A DNA stretch of 62,686 nt, taken from positions 1 through 62,686 of the forward strand of contig JACRNX010000030.1 in assembly GCA_016214755.1 (NCBI GenBank). Direction: 5' to 3'. Source of the stretch: Candidatus Falkowbacteria bacterium (lineage in GTDB: Bacteria; Patescibacteriota; Patescibacteriia; UBA11705; JABHMO01). Shown piece after piece: positions 1 through 8,595 of the stretch. A model generated the notes under the pieces. It was given only the letters and a program-made list of their open reading frames with translations, was not told the DNA's origin and ran no database searches. The position numbers and the translations under genes are program-made. How positions within the stretch are numbered: position 1 is the stretch's first letter; the number at the start of each line of letters is the position of its first letter.

Positions 1-141
1 CGAGCAAAACATGTGGGTCATTGCCGCTACCGCGCCGGCTATTCAGGCGGTCAAAACTATTCATTAAAGCACAAGTCAAAACTATCAAGGTATGACATTT
101 CTATTTCCCTCAAACTATGACATTTCTATTTCCCGTTGACA
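1..141 (+). mobile_element. Right end of an insertion sequence (IS1202/ISNCY- or IS21-type end), truncated by the window
   Basis: An ORF tail ends at TAA 65-67. Two copies of TATGACATTTCTATTTCCC (91-109, 116-134) follow, then terminal GTTGACA (TGT...ACA-type end), abutting half of a REP (CTGTCCCTAC). Confidence 0.55.
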
Positions 142-155
142 CTGTCCCTACATTG

Positions 156-184
156 TTGACAACGAGCCAGCTATTTAGTAAGAT
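156..184 (+). promoter_or_regulatory. Sigma70-type promoter for the 226-3164 operon
   Basis: TTGACA-N17-TAAGAT, with SD AAAGGAGG before ATG 226. Confidence 0.6.
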
Positions 185-225
185 GAGGTGAAATCGAACA
201 TTGACAACTTAAAGGAGGAAGAAAG

Positions 226-1827
226 ATGCAGCAGCAATTAGTCCTGTTTTTGCGGCCAGCGGAAATGCTGGTCTTCAACACTCTGTTTGACAATGCCAGC
301 CAATTATCAAAAACCATGCCAGGAAAGTTTATCGTCTTGACGCCAAAGGCAGTTGAAAAGCTGTTCCACGAAATCGCGGACGCGGAAAAAGATATTAAGC
401 CGGAAAGTTTTTTTCACAATGTGGTTGAAGCGTTAGTCAGATGCGGATTACTGTTAAAAGCCGACGATAAAACTAAGGATGCGCCGGCCGGCGTTTTCCA
501 GCTATTAGTTGAGAAATCGCAAATCAATGGTCCGGATTATATTGTGGAAAAAGGCGTTTTCCGCCTTGTCATTTCGTTTAAGAGGGTGTTTCGCATTTTT
601 CACGCGGGCGCAGAAGATAAAGCCAGCGCTGTTCCGCCGGTTGAGAAACCAGCGGTAGACGTAGGGACAGAATTAAATTCTGTCCGGAGCCTATCCGCGC
701 CGGCGATGCAAGACATTGTCGCGCGGCTGGAAAAGCTGGAACGTTTTGTCGAAGAGCAACAAAAAGAAATTGAAGATATGGGGCAAACAGTAAAACAATG
801 CGTTGACGCGATTCGGTTCCAAAACGTAGGAACCCCGCCAATGGCGGGGTCTGCGTCCGAGACCGTAGGGACAGGTCGCGACCTGTCCATGTCCAAAATC
901 GCAGGGACAGAATATCATTCTGTCCCCGCGTTAGACAAAATAACCAAGATGCCGGAATTTAATAAAGTTCTTTCTCATATTGAACAGATATTAGTGTTAT
1001 TTGTCCTTTCGCCATTCGCGAAAGAATGGGCGACGTCAGGGGAGTTTGTTCGATTTGCTGAAAAATATATAAGTCACAGATTTAGATTGCTTCTTATCGG
1101 AACGGTTTCTATATATATCAAAAAACACCAAGAACTTTTTGAATGGAAACTTCTCTCTGATTCGGAGAGAAAACGTCGAGGAGTGAGAAGCAACGCTAAA
1201 CTTTTGTTCCGTTTATTGCCAGCGGGCGAAGCGCGCGCTTTGAGAGTGCTTGAATTATTCGGCGTCAAGCGAGACGAGCGAGATGAACAAATTTGTCATG
1301 CTGGACTTTCCGCCGAAGGCGGATCCGCCTCAGGCGGAGATCCAGCATCTACATCTAATAGATTCCGGGTCCCGCCGTCGCCAAGGCTTTTGCGGGCAGG
1401 CAAGCCCGGAATGACGGATAAGCAAGACAAGATTGTAGGAACAGGTTGTGATCTGTTCCTCGCCTCTGCGCCAGATGAAAGAATCAAACGAATAATCCAA
1501 AGTCCGTATTTTCAAGTATTGCCATTTATGCAAAGATTGCTGATTTACATTGGACTTTCTCCGTTTTACGATAACTGGTTTGTGCAATATGAACTTCAAA
1601 ATTTTATCGCCAGATGCGATGGCGTTTGCCCGTCTCCAAAGGAGCGCCATCTAATCAACTCATTATTGGTGAATGATATAAAAAAATCTGGTAGCCTTTT
1701 TTTGAGAAAGGAAATTCCCGATGATGAAAGAATAAGATGGAAACATTCCTCAAGATTACGCTTCCAGTACAAGTTAAGCCCGGCCGGAGAGAAACGAGTA
1801 AAAGAATTGTTAACAAAATTTGAATGA
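226..1827 (+). CDS. Hypothetical protein: coiled coil plus two internally repeated, possibly winged-helix-like domains; linkers made of REP-derived peptides
   Basis: 533-aa ORF with strong SD. Two ~115-aa repeats (..LSPF..W.. / ..L.PAGE.R...L..F). Confidence 0.8.
   Translation: MQQQLVLFLRPAEMLVFNTLFDNASQLSKTMPGKFIVLTPKAVEKLFHEIADAEKDIKPESFFHNVVEALVRCGLLLKADDKTKDAPAGVFQLLVEKSQINGPDYIVEKGVFRLVISFKRVFRIFHAGAEDKASAVPPVEKPAVDVGTELNSVRSLSAPAMQDIVARLEKLERFVEEQQKEIEDMGQTVKQCVDAIRFQNVGTPPMAGSASETVGTGRDLSMSKIAGTEYHSVPALDKITKMPEFNKVLSHIEQILVLFVLSPFAKEWATSGEFVRFAEKYISHRFRLLLIGTVSIYIKKHQELFEWKLLSDSERKRRGVRSNAKLLFRLLPAGEARALRVLELFGVKRDERDEQICHAGLSAEGGSASGGDPASTSNRFRVPPSPRLLRAGKPGMTDKQDKIVGTGCDLFLASAPDERIKRIIQSPYFQVLPFMQRLLIYIGLSPFYDNWFVQYELQNFIARCDGVCPSPKERHLINSLLVNDIKKSGSLFLRKEIPDDERIRWKHSSRLRFQYKLSPAGEKRVKELLTKFE
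661..929. repeat. Four GTAG-type REP-like palindromes inside the CDS
   Basis: GTAGGGACAG-AATTAAATT-CTGTCC (661), GTAGGAACCCCGCCAATGGCGGGGT (826), GTAGGGACAGGTCGCGACCTGTCC (865), GCAGGGACAGAATATCATTCTGTCCCCGC (901). Intergenic relatives at 3167 and 8472. Confidence 0.8.
1294..1459. repeat. Composite TGTCAT...ATGAC palindrome with nested CCGCC/GGCGG hairpins, plus one GTAG REP, inside the CDS
   Basis: TGTCATGCTGGA..TCCAGCAT..AGATTCCGGG..CCCGGAATGACG. The inner module matches the reverse complement of 19128-19160. Confidence 0.75.
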
Positions 1828-1865
1828 AAACATTAACGCCGACAAATGCCAGAAAGGAGGCAAAA

Positions 1866-2729
1866 ATGGGCGTGAAAACCAGGTTGGACGGAATCAGGCG
1901 GGCGATTAAAGCAGGTGAAAAAGAACTTGAAAAGCTGGTCCGTAAAGAAAAGAGATCAAGGGAAATTTGGACTAAGGCGTACATGGTTTTTATTAAGGCG
2001 GGCGAAATACTCGCTCAATTGAAAGTTCGCGGGACCAAGAAAGAAGAGGCGTTGCGCAAGGTCGTTCTCAGTTGGAGAACACGGACTGTTGAACTGACGC
2101 AGGAAAGAGACGAACTGCGCGCGCGAATTAGAGAAGCGGAAGAAAAACTTCAGAAGCAGAGAATCGCGCTCGCCCAGTTCGTCGAACAGACCGTGGGTCT
2201 GACGCGCGCGACAGATGAAATCGTGAATCAGGTGTTTGTTTACAACGACGCCGTTGTCCAGTCGGGACAGAAAAGAGAGGGCTATCTCACTGCCCACGTG
2301 TTCAGCCGTTTGGTTGATGACCAAGGCAATCTTCGTTCGCAAATCACTTTCGACAGCTCGGACGGTTTGCGCCGGGTGGTGGCGATGGTCAACACTATGA
2401 CCATTGTCCGTTCTGATCTCGCGGACGAGGCGATGAAACAAATCCAGCAGTTCTTCGGACGTTTTCAGCAAACCACGCCGATGGACGCGACCATGCAGGC
2501 GCTGTATGATTTGACGAAGAAGTTGCTCGTTGAAAAAATATCGCATAAAGTCGGACCCGACCTCTATCGTTTTCTGGCGGTTGATTTTGACCCAGCGACT
2601 TTGCCGGAGCTGGCGCTTGCCCAGCGATTGCTCCGCGAAAGCATTCGTTCGGAAAAAACGACCTCTTATATTCGGCTTTACGAGCGGCTGAACAGGACGT
2701 CGAAGTGGATGCCGGTGAGGCAGATTTGA
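1866..2729 (+). CDS. Hypothetical protein with N-terminal coiled coil
   Basis: ORF 1824-2729; SD AAAGGAGG favours ATG 1866. Confidence 0.8.
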   Translation: MGVKTRLDGIRRAIKAGEKELEKLVRKEKRSREIWTKAYMVFIKAGEILAQLKVRGTKKEEALRKVVLSWRTRTVELTQERDELRARIREAEEKLQKQRIALAQFVEQTVGLTRATDEIVNQVFVYNDAVVQSGQKREGYLTAHVFSRLVDDQGNLRSQITFDSSDGLRRVVAMVNTMTIVRSDLADEAMKQIQQFFGRFQQTTPMDATMQALYDLTKKLLVEKISHKVGPDLYRFLAVDFDPATLPELALAQRLLRESIRSEKTTSYIRLYERLNRTSKWMPVRQI

Positions 2730-2747
2730 AAAAGGAGGCGAGAACAG

Positions 2748-3164
2748 ATGGACGAATGCGAAGTATGCCGGGCGACTATCTCAAAATGGGCGCGCGGAAA
2801 CGCATCAATCGCGGATTTACTGGAAGATAAAGTTACCGAGCATTTAAAAATATGTACTGTTTGCTTCCAGTTCCTTTTCAGTCAATTGGCAATAATAGCC
2901 GACTGCGCGATTATGCCTGCTCCGCCTGGAACTCTCTGCAATCAGTACCGACAAGTTCTGTTTGGCATCGCGCACGGACAGGAATTGTTCGGAGAAAAAG
3001 CGGGAAATCTCGCGCGGGTGCATTCGCTTTTATGCGAGCCGTGCGGGCAATATTTTTTCGAGGAATGCGAAAAAGACGAGACAATCGAAGTTCCGCCATT
3101 GCCGCAGAAAGTGCTGGAAGCGCTTCTTGACGCCGGCACAGATTTGCCTGAAGAAGCATCATAG
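2748..3164 (+). CDS. Small protein with two zf-HC2-like (HxxxCxxC) zinc-finger motifs
   Basis: HLKICTVC and HSLLCEPC, each preceded by an upstream Cys; strong SD. Confidence 0.7.
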   Translation: MDECEVCRATISKWARGNASIADLLEDKVTEHLKICTVCFQFLFSQLAIIADCAIMPAPPGTLCNQYRQVLFGIAHGQELFGEKAGNLARVHSLLCEPCGQYFFEECEKDETIEVPPLPQKVLEALLDAGTDLPEEAS

Positions 3165-3202
3165 CCGTAGGGACAGGGCATTGCCCTGTTCATTGGATTA
3201 AC

Positions 3203-3234
3203 AAAAAGACCGAGAACAATTTCTCGGTCCTTTT
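3203..3234 (+). terminator. Intrinsic terminator
   Basis: GACCGAGAA-CAAT-TTCTCGGTC followed by CTTTT. Confidence 0.7.
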
Positions 3235-3240
3235 AATTAT

Positions 3241-3400
3241 TATACGGATTACGGATTATGTACGAATATACGGATAATACAAGATGTACAGATTATTACA
3301 GATGTACAGATGAGGACAAGCTAAACGGTATAAACAAGATGGATGAGACAGCCCGAGCCTTTGTTACTCGTTGCGCGTTACGCGTCGCGTGTCGTTTTAA
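3241..3400. repeat. Short tandem repeat arrays (ATACGG/TTACGG, GATGTACA, GTTACGC types)
   Basis: 3275-3320 is an imperfect inverted copy of 11571-11618; the GTTACTC/GTTGCGC array recurs at 6535. Confidence 0.7.
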
Positions 3401-3489
3401 TGTTTTAGTGCTTTATTGTTTTTTTGTTTTCTTGATTTTTTGATTTCTTGTCCGCGCTTCTATGCTTCAGTGTTTCTTTGCTTCAGTAA

Positions 3490-3762
3490 TCATTTACTTG
3501 CTAAATTCAATCCTCTCGCTGATTCTATCGGCTCTTTGCTTTTTACGTTCGTGGCTTTTTCCGGCGCTTCTTTCGCCGCTTCCGCCGCTTGTTTTTGAAC
3601 TGGCGGCGGCGCGTCAATTTTTACTTCTGTTTTTCCAGCGTCATCAGGGTCTTTTTTGTAATCCTCGAATTTCGGCGCGTGTTTTAAAGTGTCTTTTTCC
3701 ACTTCTTGCACGATTTTTTTCACCGGTTTTTCGCCTGCGTTTGAAGGTTTTTCGAATGGCAT
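3490..3762 (-). CDS. Hypothetical low-complexity charged protein
   Basis: 90-aa Lys/Glu/Ala-rich ORF with an AT-rich upstream region, co-oriented with the tRNA. Confidence 0.55.
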   Translation of the reverse strand: MPFEKPSNAGEKPVKKIVQEVEKDTLKHAPKFEDYKKDPDDAGKTEVKIDAPPPVQKQAAEAAKEAPEKATNVKSKEPIESARGLNLASK

Positions 3763-3828
3763 AAAATAAGTTTAATAATTAGTTGGTTTATCATGAACCT
3801 GACCCCGCCATTGGGGAGGAATGGTTCA

Positions 3829-3915
3829 TGGTGCCGCCGGTCGGGGTCGAACCGACATGGAATTGCTCCCACACGATTTTGAGTCGTGCGCGTCTACCAG
3901 TTCCGCCACGGCGGC
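3829..3915 (-). tRNA. tRNA-Leu(CAA)
   Basis: GCCGCCG acceptor stem, CACGA-CTCAAAA-TCGTG anticodon arm, long variable arm, GGTTCGA T-loop, encoded CCA. Confidence 0.95.
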
Positions 3916-3990
3916 AAAATGATTTAATTTATTATAGCCAAGAACAACAAAATTGTCAAAATAAAATAATTGCTGTATAATGTTTTCGAT

Positions 3991-4752
3991 ATGGCGAAAA
4001 TCATCGCGGTGGTTAATCAAAAAGGGGGGGTCGGCAAGACGACAACAGCCGTGAACCTCGGCGCTTATCTGGCGGAATTCGGCAAATACGTTTTGCTGAT
4101 TGATTTGGACCCGCAGGCGAACGCCACTTCGGGGCTCGGCGTTGATTATCAGAATTTGGAAAAAGGCATTTACGAAGCGCTTTCGGGAAATTTTTTAGTC
4201 CGAGAAATTATTCAACCAACCAGTCATATCGGTTACCGGATCGCGCCCGCCACGCCGGCTTTGGCTGGCGCCAATGTCGAGCTGGTCAATATTGACAAGC
4301 GCGAGTTCCGGCTGGCGGAAGCCCTGCTCGAAGTCCGGAGCGATTATGACGTGATTATCATTGATTGTCCGCCGTCGCTCGGTCTGTTAACGTTAAACGG
4401 GCTGGTGGCGGCTGACCACGTGCTCATTCCGATTCAAGCGGAATATTACGCCCTCGAGGGTTTGGGCCAGTTAATGAGCACGATCGCGCTCGTCCAAGAA
4501 AATTTAAAACCAGAATTGTCCATTCTCGGCGCGGTCATCACCATGTTTGATAAAAGAGTGCGGCTGTCTGACCAGGTTTTTCAGGAACTTTATAAATTCT
4601 TTCCTGATAAAATATTCCGGACCGTGGTGCCGCGCAACGTGCGGCTGACCGAAGCGCCCAGCCACGGAAAATCCATCGCTCATTACGACGCTGGCTCCAA
4701 AGGCGCGCGGGCGTATGAAAAATTGGCGCGGGAGGTTTTGGAAATAATTTAA
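3991..4752 (+). CDS. parA: Chromosome partitioning ATPase ParA/Soj
   Basis: NQKGGVGKTT deviant Walker A, DLDPQAN, IIDCPPSLG, EAPSHG. Confidence 0.97.
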   Translation: MAKIIAVVNQKGGVGKTTTAVNLGAYLAEFGKYVLLIDLDPQANATSGLGVDYQNLEKGIYEALSGNFLVREIIQPTSHIGYRIAPATPALAGANVELVNIDKREFRLAEALLEVRSDYDVIIIDCPPSLGLLTLNGLVAADHVLIPIQAEYYALEGLGQLMSTIALVQENLKPELSILGAVITMFDKRVRLSDQVFQELYKFFPDKIFRTVVPRNVRLTEAPSHGKSIAHYDAGSKGARAYEKLAREVLEII

Positions 4753-4854
4753 ATAAAAAATGAAAAATAATAGATAAAAAACACAAATTAAAAATAAAAA
4801 ATTCCAAATTTATTATTTATTATCTTTCATCTTTAATTTACATATTTTAATATT

Positions 4855-5736
4855 ATGGCAAAGATAATTGGTTTGGGCCGGGGGCTTAGCTCCTTAATCC
4901 CAAAAAAAATTTCATCAAGCATTTTTTCCGAGGGACATCGAGATATTTTAGTGAGCCAAGACGCGAACAGGATTTTGCAAATCCCCGTTGAAGACATCGG
5001 CGTCAATCCGCTTCAGCCGCGCAAGGTTTTTGACCATGAAATGATGGAAGAATTGACCGAGTCAATTAAAGAGCACGGCATTATTCAGCCGCTGATTGTT
5101 ACTGTTCTGCCGGGCGGCGCGTACGAACTTATCGCCGGCGAGCGCCGTTTGCGCGCGGCGAAAATTTTGGAACTGGCCAGCGTGCCGGCGATTATCCGCG
5201 CGGCAGGGGAGCAGGAAAAATTGGAATTGGCTTTGATTGAAAATGTCCAGCGCGCGAATTTGAATCCAATGGAAAAAGCGGCGGCTTACGCGCGCCTGGC
5301 GGATGAATTTAATTTGACGCAGGAAGCGGTGGCGAAAAAAATGGGAATCAGCCGCTCCGCGGTGGCCAACACATTGCGTCTTTTGGATTTGCCGGAAAAA
5401 GTCCAGCAAGCTATCGTCAGCGGTGAGATTACCGAAGGCCATGCGAAAATAATTTGCGGTTTGTCGGATGAAAAAGAGCAACTCGCGCTTTTGGAGAAAA
5501 TTTTGCGGAATGATTTCACTGTCCGCGAAGTGGAGCAGGATGTCCGGAGCTCGTCTAAAAAAATAATAACAAGGAGGAGGTTGAAAAATCCTTTGCTTGA
5601 AGAAAAAGAAGACCAATTGCGCCGCGCATTGGATACCAAAGTGAACATTAACCAGAAAGGCGAACGCGGGCAAATCATCATTGAATTTTATTCTGACGAA
5701 GAGTTGGATTCAATCATCAACAGAATCGTTAAATAA
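4855..5736 (+). CDS. parB: Chromosome partitioning protein ParB/Spo0J
   Basis: GLGRGL N-terminus, QPRK, IAGERRLRA, ALIENVQR, HTH. Confidence 0.97.
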   Translation: MAKIIGLGRGLSSLIPKKISSSIFSEGHRDILVSQDANRILQIPVEDIGVNPLQPRKVFDHEMMEELTESIKEHGIIQPLIVTVLPGGAYELIAGERRLRAAKILELASVPAIIRAAGEQEKLELALIENVQRANLNPMEKAAAYARLADEFNLTQEAVAKKMGISRSAVANTLRLLDLPEKVQQAIVSGEITEGHAKIICGLSDEKEQLALLEKILRNDFTVREVEQDVRSSSKKIITRRRLKNPLLEEKEDQLRRALDTKVNINQKGERGQIIIEFYSDEELDSIINRIVK

Positions 5737-5741
5737 TCAGT

Positions 5742-6293
5742 ATGCGAAAAATTTTCATTTTAATTTTGTTAATCATTGTCAGCGTTTCATTTTCCGGTTG
5801 TGTGGGTAAAAAAGGCGAAGCGGGGTTATTTTTGTCGGAAAAAGAGGTCAAAGCGAAAGTCAAGGATTGGCGCGTTTACACTAATCCGGCTTTTCGTTAT
5901 GAACTGCGGCATCCGCTCGCTTGGCGAATGGAGACGAGCGGCGAAGACGGCAAATTAACCGAGTTTTTTATTTCCAAACAATCAGCGTCAAAGGCGTTCG
6001 TGATTCGCGGCGTTTCCAATTGGAAAGAAAATTTAACCCTTGAGCAATATTTCGCCGGCCAGCCCGAGGACTTGTTCAAAGCCGGTTATGAACAAGAAGA
6101 GACAACCGTGTCCGGCGAAAAAGCGGTTTGGTTCAAGGCCGTCAAGCGCGCTGATTTGCCGATCAATGTCATCGCCGTCGCCAGCGAAGACAGGATTTTA
6201 ATCATTGAAATTTGGACGGATTGGGAGGATAGTTTGGCGGTGCTGAACAGCATAAAGTTTTATCCGAACAAGACGTTTGATGGAATTAAATAA
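5742..6293 (+). CDS. Putative lipoprotein, PsbP-like domain
   Basis: Signal peptide with lipobox FSGC; W..Y.N..F.Y...HP..W motif. Confidence 0.7.
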   Translation: MRKIFILILLIIVSVSFSGCVGKKGEAGLFLSEKEVKAKVKDWRVYTNPAFRYELRHPLAWRMETSGEDGKLTEFFISKQSASKAFVIRGVSNWKENLTLEQYFAGQPEDLFKAGYEQEETTVSGEKAVWFKAVKRADLPINVIAVASEDRILIIEIWTDWEDSLAVLNSIKFYPNKTFDGIK

Positions 6294-6490
6294 ATAAGAA
6301 AATAAGAAATTAAGAAAATAAGAAAACAAATGTTGCTACAAATTACCCTTCGACGGGTTCGACAAGCTCACCGCAGGCAAGCTCAGGGCAAGCTCATCAC
6401 TACGAATGTTACAAATGAAAATTTAATTTTTCCGTCTCAAAAATCCGTACATCCGTACATCCGTACATAATCCGTAATCCGTATTTTAAA
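6290..6490. repeat. Composite repeat (AAGAAAT array + CCCTTCGAC..AAGCTCAGGG REP + ATCCGTA array)
   Basis: 6335-6490 is a near-identical inverted copy of 51228-51376. Confidence 0.85.
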
Positions 6491-6516
6491 AGCCGGGAAA
6501 TGTTCCCAGCTTTTTT
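6488..6516. terminator. Bidirectional intrinsic terminator
   Basis: AAAAGCCGGGAA-ATG-TTCCCAGCTTTTTT between convergent genes. Confidence 0.65.
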
Positions 6517-6577
6517 ATTATGTCCGCCTAAAAAGCGTTACGCGTTACTCGTTGCGCGTTCCTAAGCATTGGTTTAT

Positions 6578-7255
6578 TTACGGATGTTCATTAATTCTTG
6601 TTTGGCGATAGATTCGCCGCGTGATGGACACCCAATTGTTACTATAGTCAGTTTTGATTTCCAAAACACCGTCATAATTGGCGCTGTATTCAGAACCGCT
6701 CTTTTCAGCTAACGCGAACGGCTCTTCGCCTGTTGCTCGGACGCGGAAGAAGATTGGTTTATCAATAAACCATCTCCAGCGCCAGCCCTTTTTTAGTTTA
6801 AAAACAGTGTATTCTATTCCTGGATTAATCCAGTTTTTGAAATCAGCGTCTTCTATAAATATATTGTCGTGGCCAACAGGATTTACAGTTACCGTGGTTG
6901 ATGGTTTCGCCGCGTCCGCGCGAATCAAATCGTCTAGTTGGCGATATAGCCAGATCGCGACGCCGATTAAGCCGCCGATTAGTAGAAGGGCGACGAGAAT
7001 GCCACTAATGGCGGTCGCCAGGGTCGCCTTACTCGTTGGAGTCGCGCTCGGTGTTGGCGCGGCCGGCGCGCTTGGAGTCGCCGGCGCGGCCGTTGTTTTT
7101 GCGGACTTTGAAAAAAGTGCTTTCGCGATGAGCCAGACGATGGCGCCGGCCGCGAGTGCAATGCCTATTTTCCAGATGTCTGAAATGTCTGTCGTTTGGT
7201 CGAGGCAGATTAGCGCGCTGGCCGCGGTGACAACAGCAAAGAAAAACTGTTTCAT
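6578..7255 (-). CDS. Hypothetical membrane protein (about 3 hydrophobic segments, Ala/Pro/Thr linker)
   Basis: 225-aa ORF whose start overlaps the stop of the SPFH gene (ATGA). Confidence 0.75.
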   Translation of the reverse strand: MKQFFFAVVTAASALICLDQTTDISDIWKIGIALAAGAIVWLIAKALFSKSAKTTAAPATPSAPAAPTPSATPTSKATLATAISGILVALLLIGGLIGVAIWLYRQLDDLIRADAAKPSTTVTVNPVGHDNIFIEDADFKNWINPGIEYTVFKLKKGWRWRWFIDKPIFFRVRATGEEPFALAEKSGSEYSANYDGVLEIKTDYSNNWVSITRRIYRQTRINEHP

Positions 7256-8271
7256 GGCGCGCCCCGCGTGAATTTGGTGAGCATTGATTTAATCTCATCC
7301 ATAATATTGCCGCTGATGACGAATTTAGCGCCTGGATTGGCGAACATTTTCGCGTAGGTATCCAGCGCTTCTTTCGAGAGGAGGAACGCCGCTTTTTCTT
7401 TGTCCGGCAGTTTTTCCGCGCCGAGCGCTTGAGCAATCGTGCGGATTGATTCTGCCTGGCCCTTAGCTCTGGTTTTCATTGCTTCCGCGTCACCGTTGGC
7501 TTTGATTACCGCGATATCTCTTTCTCGTTCGGCAATTTTCTTCAATTTGTCGAATTCAATTTGAGCAGTCCTTTGCATGAAAGATTCTTTTGTAATGTTG
7601 TCGAGCGCTTCTGCTAGCTTGGGGTCAGCCGGTATGAAAGGATTGTTGAGTTTCAAGAAAACAATGTCAATCGGTATGTTTTTATCATCGCAATCTTTCT
7701 GTGTTTCAGCGCGAATTTCTTCCACAGATTTTTGAGGAAATCTCATTACGTCGGTATAATTCATGTCCATCGCTTTTTCTCGAAATTTTGCCTGGATGAT
7801 GTCAGTCACTTCTTCAATCAGTTTCGCCAATTTCTCTTTCTGTTGTTCCGCGGAAGTTAAGTAGCGGACATATATTTCGACCCGTTTTCGCGCCTCGTCA
7901 TTAAAAATAAATTTTTTAGCAGGATCTTTTTGAAAGGAGACCACGAAGTTTAAGCTTACTTGTTTTGACTTGAATTCCGCGATTGCGCCGAGTTTAGCGG
8001 GCTCGGTAGTGGCCGCCTCAAGCGGCGGCACATTGCAGGTTACGACGACTTCCTCAATGTTCGTTGTCATTCTTTCAATCTTTACTTCTTCTTTATGACT
8101 AATCGGATATGGCAATGTCCAATACCAACCCGGAGGGAGGACGTTTATGATTTTGCCGCCGAAGCGGGTGACAAAAACATAATAGCCCTGTTTGACAATG
8201 GTTACACAAGAATAAATTATTCCTATTATTACGATGGCAATAATGCTTCCAATTCCAATCCAAGTCAACAT
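7252..8271 (-). CDS. SPFH/band-7 (stomatin/HflC-like) membrane protein
   Basis: N-terminal TM, then IVKQGY..VTRFG..VLPPGWYW..P and an AE-rich coiled coil; SD AAGGAG before ATG 8271. Confidence 0.85.
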   Translation of the reverse strand: MLTWIGIGSIIAIVIIGIIYSCVTIVKQGYYVFVTRFGGKIINVLPPGWYWTLPYPISHKEEVKIERMTTNIEEVVVTCNVPPLEAATTEPAKLGAIAEFKSKQVSLNFVVSFQKDPAKKFIFNDEARKRVEIYVRYLTSAEQQKEKLAKLIEEVTDIIQAKFREKAMDMNYTDVMRFPQKSVEEIRAETQKDCDDKNIPIDIVFLKLNNPFIPADPKLAEALDNITKESFMQRTAQIEFDKLKKIAERERDIAVIKANGDAEAMKTRAKGQAESIRTIAQALGAEKLPDKEKAAFLLSKEALDTYAKMFANPGAKFVISGNIMDEIKSMLTKFTRGAP

Positions 8272-8409
8272 GGCTTTCTCCTTTCTACAAATAGAGGTTA
8301 GAGGTGAGAAATTGGAGGTTAGAAAAAACAAAAGCAGTTTGATTGTCAATGAACGGTAGATATTGTATCTTAGCGCAAAATAAAAAAAAGTCAATAGTTG
8401 TCTCTGACC

Positions 8410-8595
8410 ACCTCCCCTCGTTCCCCTCCCCGCCAGAGGCGGGCAAGCTTAGCAAGGAGGGGATGTTAAACATAGGGACAGAATACAATTCTGTCCCTAC
8501 AATTTACCTCCTATCCCGACGTTCGCCTTTGGCGAAGTCGGGATCCCGACCGTAGCGTCGGGACAACCTACTCACTACAACCTACTCACTAGACC
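8410..8595. repeat. Cluster of palindromes (CCCCTCC..GGAGGGG, GTAG REP, ATCCCGAC..GTCGGGAT) and a CTACTCA heptamer arm
   Basis: 8410-8472 is the reverse complement of 39932-39977 plus a 19-nt insert. Confidence 0.8.

Noticed and set aside
226..3829. Prophage or ICE integrated at tRNA-Leu
   Set aside because: No integrase, phage genes or duplicated tRNA 3' end visible in the window
3783..4020. ORFs 3783-3980 and 3826-4020
   Set aside because: Shadows of tRNA-Leu and the parA promoter
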